The notes beneath the pieces are model-generated. The model was not told the origin of the DNA and did not search any database. It was given only the letters and a program-made list of their open reading frames with translations. From Paraspadella gotoi (lineage: Eukaryota; Animalia; Chaetognatha), in contig JBJCIZ010000793.1 in assembly GCA_051294375.1 (NCBI GenBank), positions 5,661-37,174 of the forward strand: a stretch of DNA of 31,514 nucleotides. Direction: 5' to 3'. Position numbers and translations under genes: made by a program. Below are positions 11,066 to 21,513 of this stretch, piece after piece (within the stretch, counting starts at the first letter, position 1; every line of letters begins with the position of its first letter).

Positions 11066-11950
11066 ATGTCTTTCTTTCCTTTTTTCTTTCTTTCTTTCTC
11101 TTTCCCTTCTTTCAAAACAGTCAGTATATCTTCTCTTTCATACATCTCCGGACATTTCCTAGTCTTCTTTTTTTTCCTCCTTTCCTCTTTTTTTCCTCCT
11201 TTCCTCTTTCTCGAAAGGCGAATTTTTAATCTATTGACAAATCTATAATAGAAAACTGGTCCCGCGAGCCAATAAAGAGCGTCGAGATGGCCATCGAGGA
11301 GGAGGAGGAGGAGGGAGGAAGAGGAGGAGGAAAGGAGAGATGGAGGAAAGAAGAGCACGGCCGCGGCGGGAAGGGGGGGGATGGCGAGCGAGGAGATGGC
11401 GGTTAAGATGGGCATGCGCTGATGCCATCTCTAGTTGGCGGCCATCTCGAGGCCACTTTGAGAAGGAGGACGGCGGAAGATGGAGGAAGAGGAGAAAGAG
11501 AAGGAGGGAGGAACACGAAAAGGAAGAATCCGTTTGGCTTTTTTTTCTTTTAGTTGAAGAGACTTTTTTTTGACGCTTTGAAAGAGAGAAAATAAGGAAA
11601 AATAAAGAAAAGAACAGAAAAGAAGAAGAAAAAAGAAAAGAAAGGTAAGGACAAGATAGAGAAAGAAGAAAAACTAAGGATGAGGGCAAGTAGAAAAGAA
11701 AAGAAAGGTAAGAAAAGAGAGAAGAAAAGAGAAGTAGAATGAAAATAAAAATAAGTGGAGGAAAGAAAGAAAAATAGGAAGGTAAAATTGAAAAAAAAGG
11801 AAAGAAGCGGATGAAAAGAAAGAAAGTTTCCTCCGCGGTGGATCTAAGGATCGCGAGGCCAAGCTAAATCCAGAGTTTGACCGAGCGAAAATAAGAAGAG
11901 ATAAGAAACAAAGGAGAAAAAGAAAAGAAAATAGGGAAGTGAAGATGGGT
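11066..11950. repeat. Low-complexity pyrimidine-rich then purine-rich (GA/AAAG) tracts around a short GC-rich core
   Basis: CT-rich 11066-11210, GGA/AAAG-rich 11295-11940, and inverted 11-mer tcgagatggcc (11282) / ggccatctcga (11440). Confidence 0.7.
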
Positions 11951-12423
11951 CATTTGAAGGTCATTTGGAGCGTCATTGTGGAGCGTCATTTAGTGACACG
12001 CGTCGGGGGTGAGATCGACGTGAGATCGATAGTCGGTTTTATTGTTTTTTTATCGGAATTTTGATTCGTCGCGTTTCTTGTGTCCAGCATCCAAAGTCCA
12101 AGGAAACCGAAAGATGACAGCTAAATCTAATTTGCATTCACATTGGTGACACATCGTACATCATCGATAGCATTTTTTGCTAAATGTTCCAAAAATTATC
12201 ATAAAATTTCGCAGGGTATTGCAATAATGGGATTTACTGTGAGTGTGGATTTCGTGAATTTATGAGAGAAGGTGAGGTGATTAAATTCGTCTCTAATTTT
12301 CGAATACCTTACCTGGTTGTCTTACTTTATCTTGCTTTTAATGTCTTTTATATAAAATAATGTATACCTTGTTAAATCTAATTTAATTATTGCAAAACAA
12401 TATTCATTTAAAAAACGTCATTC

Positions 12424-12991
12424 TGTGGAATTGAACTCGGGTCCTCCCATTCATGGTCGATTCCCGACATCTCGTGGCCGGCTCGTGTTGGTTTGGATGA
12501 TATTGATTTCACTTATATAAACCTTTATATAAATTCTCTCCATATACAAATTGACCTTTTGTTATCATCAAACAAAAGAGCATTTTATTTTGAACTAACC
12601 AGCTGATTCCATTGAACATAATTCCATTATTATTTCATCAAGCTTAGAAACCACTTTAAATTGTTTAGAGGAAAAAATTAACAGACTCACATACTTGTTA
12701 TCAATTTCCCTTTTTCTTGTTTAATGTTTATTTTGATTGTAATCGTTTAATTAATTAATTAATTAATTATTGTTATCGTATTAATATAGATATTTCGATT
12801 GCTTGCTGGCATAAGCATTTGGAATATCTATATGCTTTGATTATTTTATTAAGGTACCATTTTACAAGCGAACCAAGCAAGTTGGTTTAATAAACTTTTT
12901 ACCCAAGCCAAAATAAACAATCTAGACGCCACGAGCGCCAACGCGAACGACATCGCCACTTCCGGTTGACGCTCTTGTGGTCACATCTACA
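12424..12991 (+). repeat. Putative 5' LTR of copy B (TGTGG...CTACA, 568 bp), repeated at 17280-17843
   Basis: Identity between B and C begins at tc|TGTGGAATTG with unrelated upstream flanks and ends in CTACA just before the PBS. Only the last 79 bp recur at the element's 3' end. Confidence 0.5.
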
Positions 12992-12992
12992 T

Positions 12993-13010
12993 TGGTGATC
13001 CCAACGCGGA
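12993..13010 (+). promoter_or_regulatory. Primer binding site, tRNA-Trp-like
   Basis: TGGTGATCCCAACGCGGA lies 1 nt after ...CTACA. It is an imperfect match to the tRNA-Trp complement TGGTGACCCCGACGTGAT. Also present at 17845. Confidence 0.8.
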
Positions 13011-13051
13011 ACTTTCCCCAACCTTCTGATGCCCAAACCATATTATCATCA

Positions 13052-14136
13052 ATGAGCGAATCTCGAGAAACCCGTCAGACCGCGCGACTACGTAACCTCA
13101 TCGTTCCCGCCCCTTTCGCCTTTGGCCGCGGCCGCTCTCGCGAAAACTCACCCAACGCTCCCGTCGGCGCCCAGCTGACGCCAACCTTCGATTTTTCGCC
13201 GCGCTCTCCTGAAGTCTTCGCTGACGCCAACGGCGAAATGGCGACAGCGCCACACACTGATGAGACGGAGACGCTACGCTCCGCCCTCGCTGCCGCCCTC
13301 GCCGCCCTCGACCGTAAGAAAAAGCCGGATCTGCCTTCTTTTGATCCAAAAAACATTGATGTGTGGATCCGCCGAGTCGAGGCAGCCTATGTCAGGGCAA
13401 ATATTCACGACGCCAAGGCAAAATTCGCGCATCTTGAGTCAAAGATCGACGTCAATGTAAACCCGCGGGTCAACGCCTTCTTGTATGGCGAGCAGACTGA
13501 GGCACGTTGGACTGAGTTCATAACTTACTTGCGCAAAGAATACGGAACCACTCCTCGTCAACAAGCCTCCTTAGTCCTTGACGGTTTCGGCCGAGACGGC
13601 CTCAAGCCGTCCCACAGCATCTTGCTCGTCTTGAGGAGAAAATCAAGAGCATCTCCATCGACGACATCAAGAAGGAGACCGTTGTTCGAGGCCTCCCACT
13701 CGAAGTGAGACGCGCCTTGGAAGACAAGATAGAAGACTGGACGGCGACGCAGTTGGCCGACGCAGCCGACAAGTTCTTCGACGCCGACGGGCGTCCAATA
13801 TTGGCGACGCCACCGTTGACGGTCAACGCCGCAACTCTGGAATCTCTCGCCGACGACTCCGATGCCTCCAGCGACGAGGAAGCTCAAATCAACGCCGTTA
13901 ACCCAAAGAGGCAGGACCGTAACCGCCCACCACGAGGAAATTGGAAGCCAAGCGCCCCAAGCGCCCCGCCAAGTGGCGTACGCCCACCGAATTCAAAATT
14001 AAAACAAATCTGCCGTTACCATTTGAAATTCGGCGACGCAGCTTTCAAATGTGAGCGGGGCTGCGCCCGTCATGCCGATTTCAAGGAAAAGAAGAATTCA
14101 TCTTCGGGAAACGGACCGGCGGGGCAGCGCCGGTGA
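13052..14136 (+). CDS. gag: Gag (~360 aa) with a CHCC zinc knuckle; one 2-nt insertion near 13614 splits it into two ORFs
   Basis: MSESRETRQ...LPSFDPKNIDVWIRRVE...LADAADKF...C-X2-H-X9-C-X3-C (CRYHLKFGDAAFKCERGC). Copies A and C lack the extra 'ac', which restores the frame. Confidence 0.9.
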
Positions 14137-14150
14137 ACGCCGTGCCCCGC
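14106..14150 (+). promoter_or_regulatory. -1 programmed ribosomal frameshift signal (G GGA AAC plus a downstream GC-rich stem or pseudoknot)
   Basis: The heptamer is in the gag zero frame and pol is in the -1 frame. Available pairings: accggc/gccggt and gcggggca/tgccccgc. Confidence 0.75.
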
Positions 14151-15720
14151 TCAAATTTCGACTCACCCGACTCATATCTCTTGCATGTCGTCGACGCTAG
14201 CGATGGGCGTCACTGGCTGGTAGATGGAGGAGCGCTTCTCTCCCTCATCCCACCCACGCCAGAGCAGAGAGAGGCGGGACCAACAGGCGCTCAACTTCAG
14301 GCAGCAAACGGCAGTCCAATTGCATGCTACGGGGTTGCTCATAAGCGAATAACGCTCGGCCCACGGATTTTTCCATTCGACGTCCTTATAGCAGACGTGA
14401 CTCAAAATATTCTCGGCGCCGACTTTCTCGCAGAGTACTTCCTTGCCCCGAATCATCGCGATGGCCTCCTCCTGGATTTGAGGGATTACTCAACGATCCC
14501 TTGCGCGGTTTCCCGTGGCTCAACGCCCTCGCACGTAAATTTCGTTGACCAGAAGCAAGATGTCTACTATCAGCTTCTCGACCAATTCCCAACGCTTTCG
14601 ACGCCAAGTTTCGAGCTCAAGGAGCCGAAACACGGTGTTCGACATCACATCCCAACCTTCGGCCGACCGTGCCAAGCACGAGCACGTCGACTACCTCCAG
14701 ATAAACTGGCAGTGGCGAAAGCGGAGCTGGACAAGATGGTGGCGATGGGGATTGCAAAAAGAGCTAAAAGCTCTTGGTCTTCTCCCATCCTCTGCGTCCC
14801 CAAGTCTGATGGAGGATGGCGAGTGTGCGGCGATTTTCGACGCCTCAATTCGATGACTATAGATGACAAGTATCCGGTCAAGTTGCTGGCGGATTTTAAC
14901 GCCGAACTTGCCGGAAAAAAGATCTTCTCCAAAATCGATTTGCTAAAAGGCTATCATCAGATACCGGTCGCAGACGAGGACGTTGCTAAAACAGCCGTCA
15001 TCACGCCCTTTGGCCTGTTTGTGTTCTTGAGGACGCCGTTCGGACTCAAGAACGCCGGCCAAGACTTTCAGAGGATGATGGATGCCATCCTTGGAGACAT
15101 CCCTCATACCTATGTCTACCTCGACGATATCCTCGTCGCCAGCGAGAGTGAAGAGCAGCACGTCGAGGATCTTGAGAAGGTCTTCAAGGCTCTCGCAGAA
15201 AACGGCCTCGTAGTGAATCGCAAGAAGTGCGTCCTCGGCAAAAAATCATTGGAATTTCTCGGCTATCTCGTCGACGAAACCGGCGTCAAACCTCTCCCTT
15301 CCAAAGTGGAAGCGATTCGCGCCACCAACCCGCCGACTACGATCAAAGAGCTTCAGAGATTCCTCGGCATGGTTAACTATTACCGCCGTTTCCTGCCAAA
15401 GGCCGCTCACCACGCCGCGGCGCTTTATGACGCCCTCGCTGGAAAGCCAAAGAAGCTGGAGTGGACAAGCAAGTGCGCGACTGCGTTTGACGCCGTCAAG
15501 GAGGCGTTAGCCAACGCGGCGCTGCTCCGTCATCCCCGAACGAACGCCCAGCTAGCTCTGACAACCGACGCCTCCGACATTGCCGTTGGGGCAGTCTTGG
15601 AGCAGAGAAGCGCGGACGGTTGGGAACCACTCGCCTTTTTCTCAGCCAAGTTGGATGAGGCGCAGCGGCGCTGGCCGCCCTTCGACCGCGAATTGTATGG
15701 AGCTTTCCGTGCAGTTCGCC
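14133..15720 (+). CDS. pol: Pol (protease, reverse transcriptase, RNase H), open to the gap
   Basis: WLVDGGA and ILGADFL (PR); WRVCGDFRRLN, KIDLLKGYHQI, PFGLKNA, YLDDIL (RT); TTDASDIAVGAVLEQ, FFS, DRELYG (RNase H). Confidence 0.97.
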
Positions 15721-15745
15721 NNNNNNNNNNNNNNNNNNNNNNNNN
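15721..15745. other. Assembly gap (25 N)
   Basis: N run. Confidence 1.
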
Positions 15746-16755
15746 TCACATGTCTTTTTTTCAAAGGCAAAGTTTTTTTGCGCCAAGAAAAAAAGGGAAA
15801 TGAAAAAGAGAAAATTAGAGATAATAAATATTGTAAACAAATCGGGTAAATATTTATAGTGATATTTATGATGTTAACTTGTTATTTATTTTTAATTTTA
15901 AAATGTATAAATAAAAAAGCAACATTAAGAAAGTCACGGGTCAATCTTGGATCCCCGGCTAAACAAAAAAAACTCGCCTCACACCTTCTCATTTCCTCCT
16001 CCTCTGAGCTACCTAGCTAGACGGTGTTCTCGCCAAATCTTCATTATTATTTACACTGTTCGTTAATTATTCATTAATTATTTATTATTAAATTATGGTG
16101 GTATCAAATACCATATGTCAAACGAAAATCCAGTTTTAAATTTTCTCCTTTCTCTTCCTCCTCCTATTCTCCTCCTCTTCCTCCTTTCTCTCTCTCCTCC
16201 TTCCTTCTCCTCCTACTTTTCCTCCTCTTCCTCCCCCCCTTTTAAAAGAAGTTCTAAACTTGAGCCGATTGATAATGTCCGCGGAAGAAACATTTCGAGC
16301 GAATCCGAGTTGCAAATTTTCCCCCCTTTCCTTTTTTTTAGCCAAAATTTCGCCTTATTTTCCGGAAAGACGCCCAATTTTGCTTAAATTTTAAATGAGT
16401 CAAAGGGTCATTAGTGTGAGGGATTAAAGGTTAGGATTTGTGAAGAGGGTTCTACGGCGTTTGTGTAAGGATTAAGGTTATGGTTAGCGGTTAAGGCGAT
16501 TAGTTTTTATATTTCAAAAATAGATTTATATTCAATATTTAATTTAAAATCTGCCAGCAAACTCTTTAACGAAAGGCAGTTATCTCTTGCAGCAACCTCA
16601 TTAACTTTATTACGTTGATGAAATAAACATTTTTTATTCATTTTTTTCTCTCGAAGCGAAAAAGAAGGAAAAAAAAGGAAATTTCTTTCTTTTTCTTTCT
16701 TTTCTTTTCTTTTCTTTCTTTCTATCTTTCTTCTTTTTTTCTTTTACATACAAGC

Positions 16756-17047
16756 ATCGCAGGAGATCATCTCGCAAAATCCAAAACGGATCAGAGGATC
16801 GCCCATTGAACGCTGTTTGGCCGAGACTGAACCAGACCCGACCAATCAGCTTGCAGAAACAATTGAATTGTCAAATCACTCTTGCCTCTGATCCTGTCTT
16901 TTGTTATAAATAGCTCTGAGTTCTCTCTTAGTTTCGAGTAGAATTGATCGCAGACTCCTGCGTGCAGTCTCACCGTCACCTTTATGTTACTCAGCAATAA
17001 AATCGAGTTTGATTTTCAACTGGAAATCTATGAGTTTTCCTTAAATG
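16756..17047 (+). mobile_element. LTR-like fragment (U3-R-U5 signal order) of an unrelated, tRNA-Leu-primed element
   Basis: CCAAT 16842, TATAAATA 16905, Inr-like TTAGTT 16928 and AATAAA 16996, followed directly by TGGTGGCAGCGGTGG. GC content is higher than in the flanks. Confidence 0.55.
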
Positions 17048-17096
17048 TGGTGGCAGCGGTGGGGATTTCGAACCCACTCTCCGAAGAGACTGGGAG
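17048..17096 (-). pseudogene. 3' half of mature tRNA-Leu (AAG/TAG type) including CCA; a reverse-transcribed copy
   Basis: The plus strand TGGTGGCAGCGGTGGG(G)AT(T)TCGAACCCAC.CTCCGAAGAGACTGG(G)AG is the reverse complement of CTCCAGTCTCTTCGGAG..GTGGGTTCGAATCCCACCGCTGCCA-CCA. Confidence 0.85.
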
Positions 17097-17205
17097 TGTC
17101 TTGAGTGTCTATGAGTGTCTGATGGAGTGTCTATGAGTTTTTCCTTAAATGCAAGCTTTTCTCAAACAAGCTTCAACTAGCAAAGCATTATTTTTTTCTT
17201 TTCCC

Positions 17206-17279
17206 TGTCTCTCTCTCTCTTCTCTCTCTCTCTCTCTCTATCTCTCTCTTTCGCTCTCTCTCTCTCTCTCTCTCTCCTC
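17206..17279. repeat. (CT)n microsatellite; similar tracts at ~3975-4044 and ~31141-31235
   Basis: Visible CT run. Confidence 0.9.
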
Positions 17280-19686
17280 TGTGGAATTGAACTCGGGTCC
17301 TCCCATTCATGGTCGATTCCCGACATCTCGTGGCCGGCTCGTGTTGGTTTGGATGATATTGATTTCACTTATATAAACCTTTATATAAATTCTCTCCATT
17401 ATACAAATTGACCTTTTGTTATCATCAAACAAAAGAGCATTTTATTTTGAACTAACCAGCTGATTCCATTGAACATAATTCCATTATTATTTCATCAAGC
17501 TTAGAAACCACTTTAAATTGTTTAGAGGAAAAATTAACAGACTCACATACTTGTTATCAATTTTCCCTTTTTCTTGTTTAATGTTTTTTTAATTGTAATC
17601 GTTTAATTAATTAATTAATTAATTATTGTTATCGTATTATATAGATATTTCGATTGCTTGCTGCATAAGCATTTGAATATCTATATGCTTTGATTATTTT
17701 ATTAAGGTACCATTTACAAGCGAACCAAGCAAGTTGGTTTAATAAACTTTTTACCCAAGCCAAAATAAACAATCTAGACGCCACGAGCGCCAACGCGAAC
17801 GACATCGCCACTTCCGGTTGACGCTCTTGTGGTCACATCTACATTGGTGATCCAACGCGGAACTTTCCCAACCTTCTGATGCCCAAACCATATTATCATC
17901 AATGAGCGAATCTCGAGAAACCCGTCAGACCGCGCGACTACGTAACCTCATCGTTCCCGCCCCTTTCGCCTTTGCCGCGGCCGCTCTCGCGAAAACTCAC
18001 CCAACGCTCCCGTCGGCGCCCAGCTGACGCCAACCTTCGATTTTTCGCCGCGCTCTCCTGAAGTCTTCGCTGACGCCAACGGCGAAATGGCGACAGCGCC
18101 ACACACTGATGAGACGGAGACGCTACGCTCCGCCCTCGCTGCCGCCCTCCCGCCCTCGACCGTAAGAAAAAAGCCGGATCTGCCTTCTTTTGATCCAAAA
18201 AACATTGATGTGTGGATCCGCCGAGTCGAGGCAGCCTATGTCAGGGCAAATTTCACGACGCCAAGGCAAAATTCGCGCATCTTGAGTCAAAGATCGACGT
18301 CAATGTAAACCCGCGGGTCAACGCCTTCTTGTATGGCGAGCAGACTGAGGCACGTTTGACTGAGTTCATAACTTACTTGCGCCAAAGAATACGGTAACCA
18401 CTCCTCGTCAACAAGCCTCCTTAGTCCTTGACGGTTTCGGCCGAGACGGCCTCAAGCCCGTCCCAGCATCTGCTGCTCGTCTTGAGGAGAAAATCAAGAG
18501 CATCTCCATCGACGACATCAAGAAGGAGACCGTTGTTCGAGGCCTCCCACTCGAAGTGAGACGCGCCTTGGAAGACAAGATAGACGACTGGACGGCGACG
18601 CAGTGGCCGACGCAGCCGACAAGTTCTTTCGACGCCGACGGGCGTCCAATATTGGCGACGCCACCGTTGACGCGTCAACGCCGCAACTCTGGAATCTCTC
18701 GCCGACGACTCCGATGCCTCCAGCGACGAGGAAGCTCAATCAAACGCCGTTACACCAAAGAGGCAGGACCGTAACGCCCACCACGAGGAAATTGGAAGCC
18801 AAGCGCCCCAAGCGCCCCGCCAAGGTGGCGTACGCCCACCGAATTCAAAATTAAAACAAATCTGCCGTTACCATTTTGAAATTCGGCGACGCAGCTTTCA
18901 AATGTGAGCGGGGCTGCGTCCCTCATGCCGATTTCAAGGGAAAAAGAAGAATTCATCTTCGCGCGGAAAACGGACCGGCGGGGCAGCGCCGGCTGAACGA
19001 GCCGTGCCCCGCTCAAATTTCACTCACCCGACTCATATCTCTTGCATGTCTCGACGCTAGTCGATGGCGTCACTGGCTGGTAGATGGAGGAGCGCTTTCT
19101 CTCCCTCATCCCACCCACGCCAGAGCAGAGAGAGGCGGGACCAACAGGGCGCTCAACTTCAGGCAGAAACGCAGTCCAATTGCATGCTACGGGGTTTGCT
19201 CATAGCGAATAACGCTCGGCCCATGGATTTTTCCATTCGACGTCCTTATAGCAGACGTGACTCAAAATATTTCGGCCCGACTTTTCTCGCAGATGTACTT
19301 CCTTGCCCCGAATCATCGCGATGGCCTCCTCCTGGATTTAGTAGGGATTACTCAACGATCCCTTGCGCGGTTTCCCCGTGGCTCAACGCCCTCGCACGTT
19401 AAAATCGTTTGACCAGAAGCAAGATTGTCTACTATCAGCCTTCTCTCGACCAATTCCCACGCTTTCGACGACCGGAGTTTTCGGAGCTCAAGGAGCCGGA
19501 AACACGTGTGTTCGACATCACATCTCAACCTTTCGCGACCGGGCAAAACGTTGTGGCTGACGCCCTCTCAAGACCAAATCCCGCCTCCAGCAATCGCAGC
19601 TATCGATCGACCAGTCCCCGTGACAAGGTCAACGACCTCGACACACCATCAATGGCGATCAACTTTCGAGGGAATCGATCTGAGAG

Positions 19687-21304
19687 ATGGCGCGTCATCA
19701 GGCCCTGGATCGAGACTTTCAACAGCTATCTCAAGACGCCCGCACAGGCCTCAGTTTCCGAAAAGTGAGGCTCGGCAATCAAGATCTACTTGTCGACGTC
19801 TCCAATGGCCCCGCGCGACCTTTTGTACCGGAAGCTTGGCGCCGCCGCATTTTTGACGTCGTCCATGGCCTGGGCCATCCAGGCATTGCCAGGACAAGAG
19901 AAACAATTGCATCAAAGTTTGTCTGGCCCTCCCTCCGCGCCGACACAACCCGCTGGGCGCGAGAGTGTCTCCAATGCCAACAAGCCAAAGTTACGAGGCA
20001 TGTCACTCCCAATATTGGAGAATTCGAAGTACCCGCACGGCGTTTTCAACATTTAAATGTCGACATCACGTACATGCCCGCATCAAACGGCTACAGTTTC
20101 CTCCTAACTGTGGTAGATCGATTCTCTAGATGGCCTGCAGCCTTGCCAATGAAGGACATGTCCGCAACTACCGTGGTCGACACCTTCGTCCACGGGTGGA
20201 TCGCCACCTTTGGCGTGCCATCTGACATCACCACCGACCGCGGCTCTCAGTTCAACTCAGCAACGTGGACCCAACTTGCGCAGAGCTGGGGAATTCGTCA
20301 CCACCAAACGGCGGCGTATCATCCTCAGGCCAACGGACTCGTGGAACGTTTCCACCGCCGCCTCAAAGAGGCGTTGATTGCCTTGGGAGCTGAGGAGCCA
20401 CACCAATGGTTCTGGCGCCTGCCATCCGCGTTGTTGGCAATTCGTACAACAATCAAACCAGACATCAGTGCATCACCCGCTGATTTGGTCTTTGGGGAAG
20501 GTTTGACCGTCCCTGGCGACTTGCTGCCTCCACCTCCAGGCGACAGCGAACTCCAGAATCAGCGCCGGCTCCTCCGAAACAACCTTCGACTGGAAGTCGA
20601 ACGACTCCAGCCAACAGAAACGTCAACGCATCGGACGCCCCAAATTTACCTTCCTGACACTCTAGTCGATGCCACCATGTCTTTGTTACAACGTCCTGGC
20701 GTCAAACCACTGCTGTCTGCACCATATCAAGGTCCCTACCCGGCTAATCCTCCCGAGACAATGTTGAAATTCAAGATCGAGACCCCGTCGCGGGTAGAAA
20801 AGCGTCGCCATCTCTCGATTCAAGCCGGCAACCGATTTTGGCGAGCACGAAAACGTGCGACGGAGCGAGCAATTTCAAACCTCCTCCTTCCCCTCCGCCT
20901 CGGGCCGACGCCCAGGACGCGTACGCGACCCCCCCGGCCTACTACTGTCGCGTCACTCTCGCTCAGAAACTCGACCGCCGCCGCCAGCCAGTCATTCTAG
21001 CCCCGGTGAAGAAGGCAACGTGGGTAGTGTCAATGATCGGCAACTCCCTAGAGCATATGCGAACCCGCTCCACAATGACTCGCTAGAGTTTTCCAGCGCC
21101 CCTCTTTCGGTAACCGACCGCCGCCGAGCAAGAATGATGAATTTAAAACCCAACTCGTCCACGTTTGCGGCGCCGCCTCCGTCACCCGGTGATGGAATCA
21201 GGGCCAGTATTGCGCCTCCTATAAATTTCAGCGTCAACCCGCCCACTTCGAGGAAATTCTCACGCCAACTGACAATCGAAAACTTTCCCCAAACTCGTAC
21301 ATAG
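19687..21304 (+). CDS. pol: Integrase part of Pol (HHCC, DDE, GPY) with a frameshifted proline-rich C-terminal tail
   Basis: HGLGHPG...CLQC; HLNVDI, ITTDRGSQF, NGLVERFHR; YQGPY. Clean frame to ~20680, indels afterwards, probable stop at 21302-21304. Confidence 0.93.
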
Positions 21305-21434
21305 CTCATTACGTCCAAATTACAACTCCGTTTTGCGTCACTTATTAACAAATTTAACGTAAGTGCAAGTACAACGTTAAACTTTTAATTAGATATTCCA
21401 AATAGTTAATACAATATATTATTTTGTATAATAT

Positions 21435-21513
21435 ATAAACAATCTCGACGCCACGAGCGCCAACGCGAGCGACATCGCCACTTCCGGTTGACGCTCCTGT
21501 GGTCACATCTACA
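21435..21513 (+). repeat. 79-bp terminal direct repeat (R/U5-like); other copies at 12913-12991, 17765-17843 and 25690-25765
   Basis: ataaacaatct.gacgccacgagcgcc...gtggtcacatctaca, with 3 substitutions between the 5' and 3' versions. Confidence 0.92.

Larger units (their letters stand above)
12913..15720 (+). mobile_element. Ty3/Gypsy (CsRn1-like) copy B, best-quality copy: terminal repeat, PBS, gag, PR-RT-RH; cut by a gap
   Basis: See the component features. Confidence 0.95.
17280..21513 (+). mobile_element. Ty3/Gypsy copy C: 5' terminal region, gag, PR, jump at ~19540 that skips RT/RNase H, integrase, 79-bp 3' terminal repeat
   Basis: Matches B from 17280 to ~19540, then resumes at ...aaacgttgtggctgacgcc (NVVADALSR). 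Confidence 0.93.

Noticed and set aside
11014-11862. Several K/E/R- or F/L/S-rich ORFs
   Set aside because: By-products of stop-poor purine/pyrimidine low-complexity DNA
12817-12830. 14-bp inverted match atttggaatatcta vs tagatattccaaat (21390-21403) between the 5' and 3' non-shared regions
   Set aside because: Short and AT-rich, and copy C has one G fewer, so it cannot be distinguished from chance
15746-15803. C-terminus of the 556-aa ORF (HMSFFQRQ...)
   Set aside because: Read-through across the N gap into unrelated sequence
17048-17096. Functional tRNA-Leu gene
   Set aside because: The 5' half, D-arm and anticodon are absent, and CCA is encoded
20700-21304. Chromodomain after the integrase GPY motif
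   Set aside because: Only proline-rich low-complexity sequence is visible in any frame
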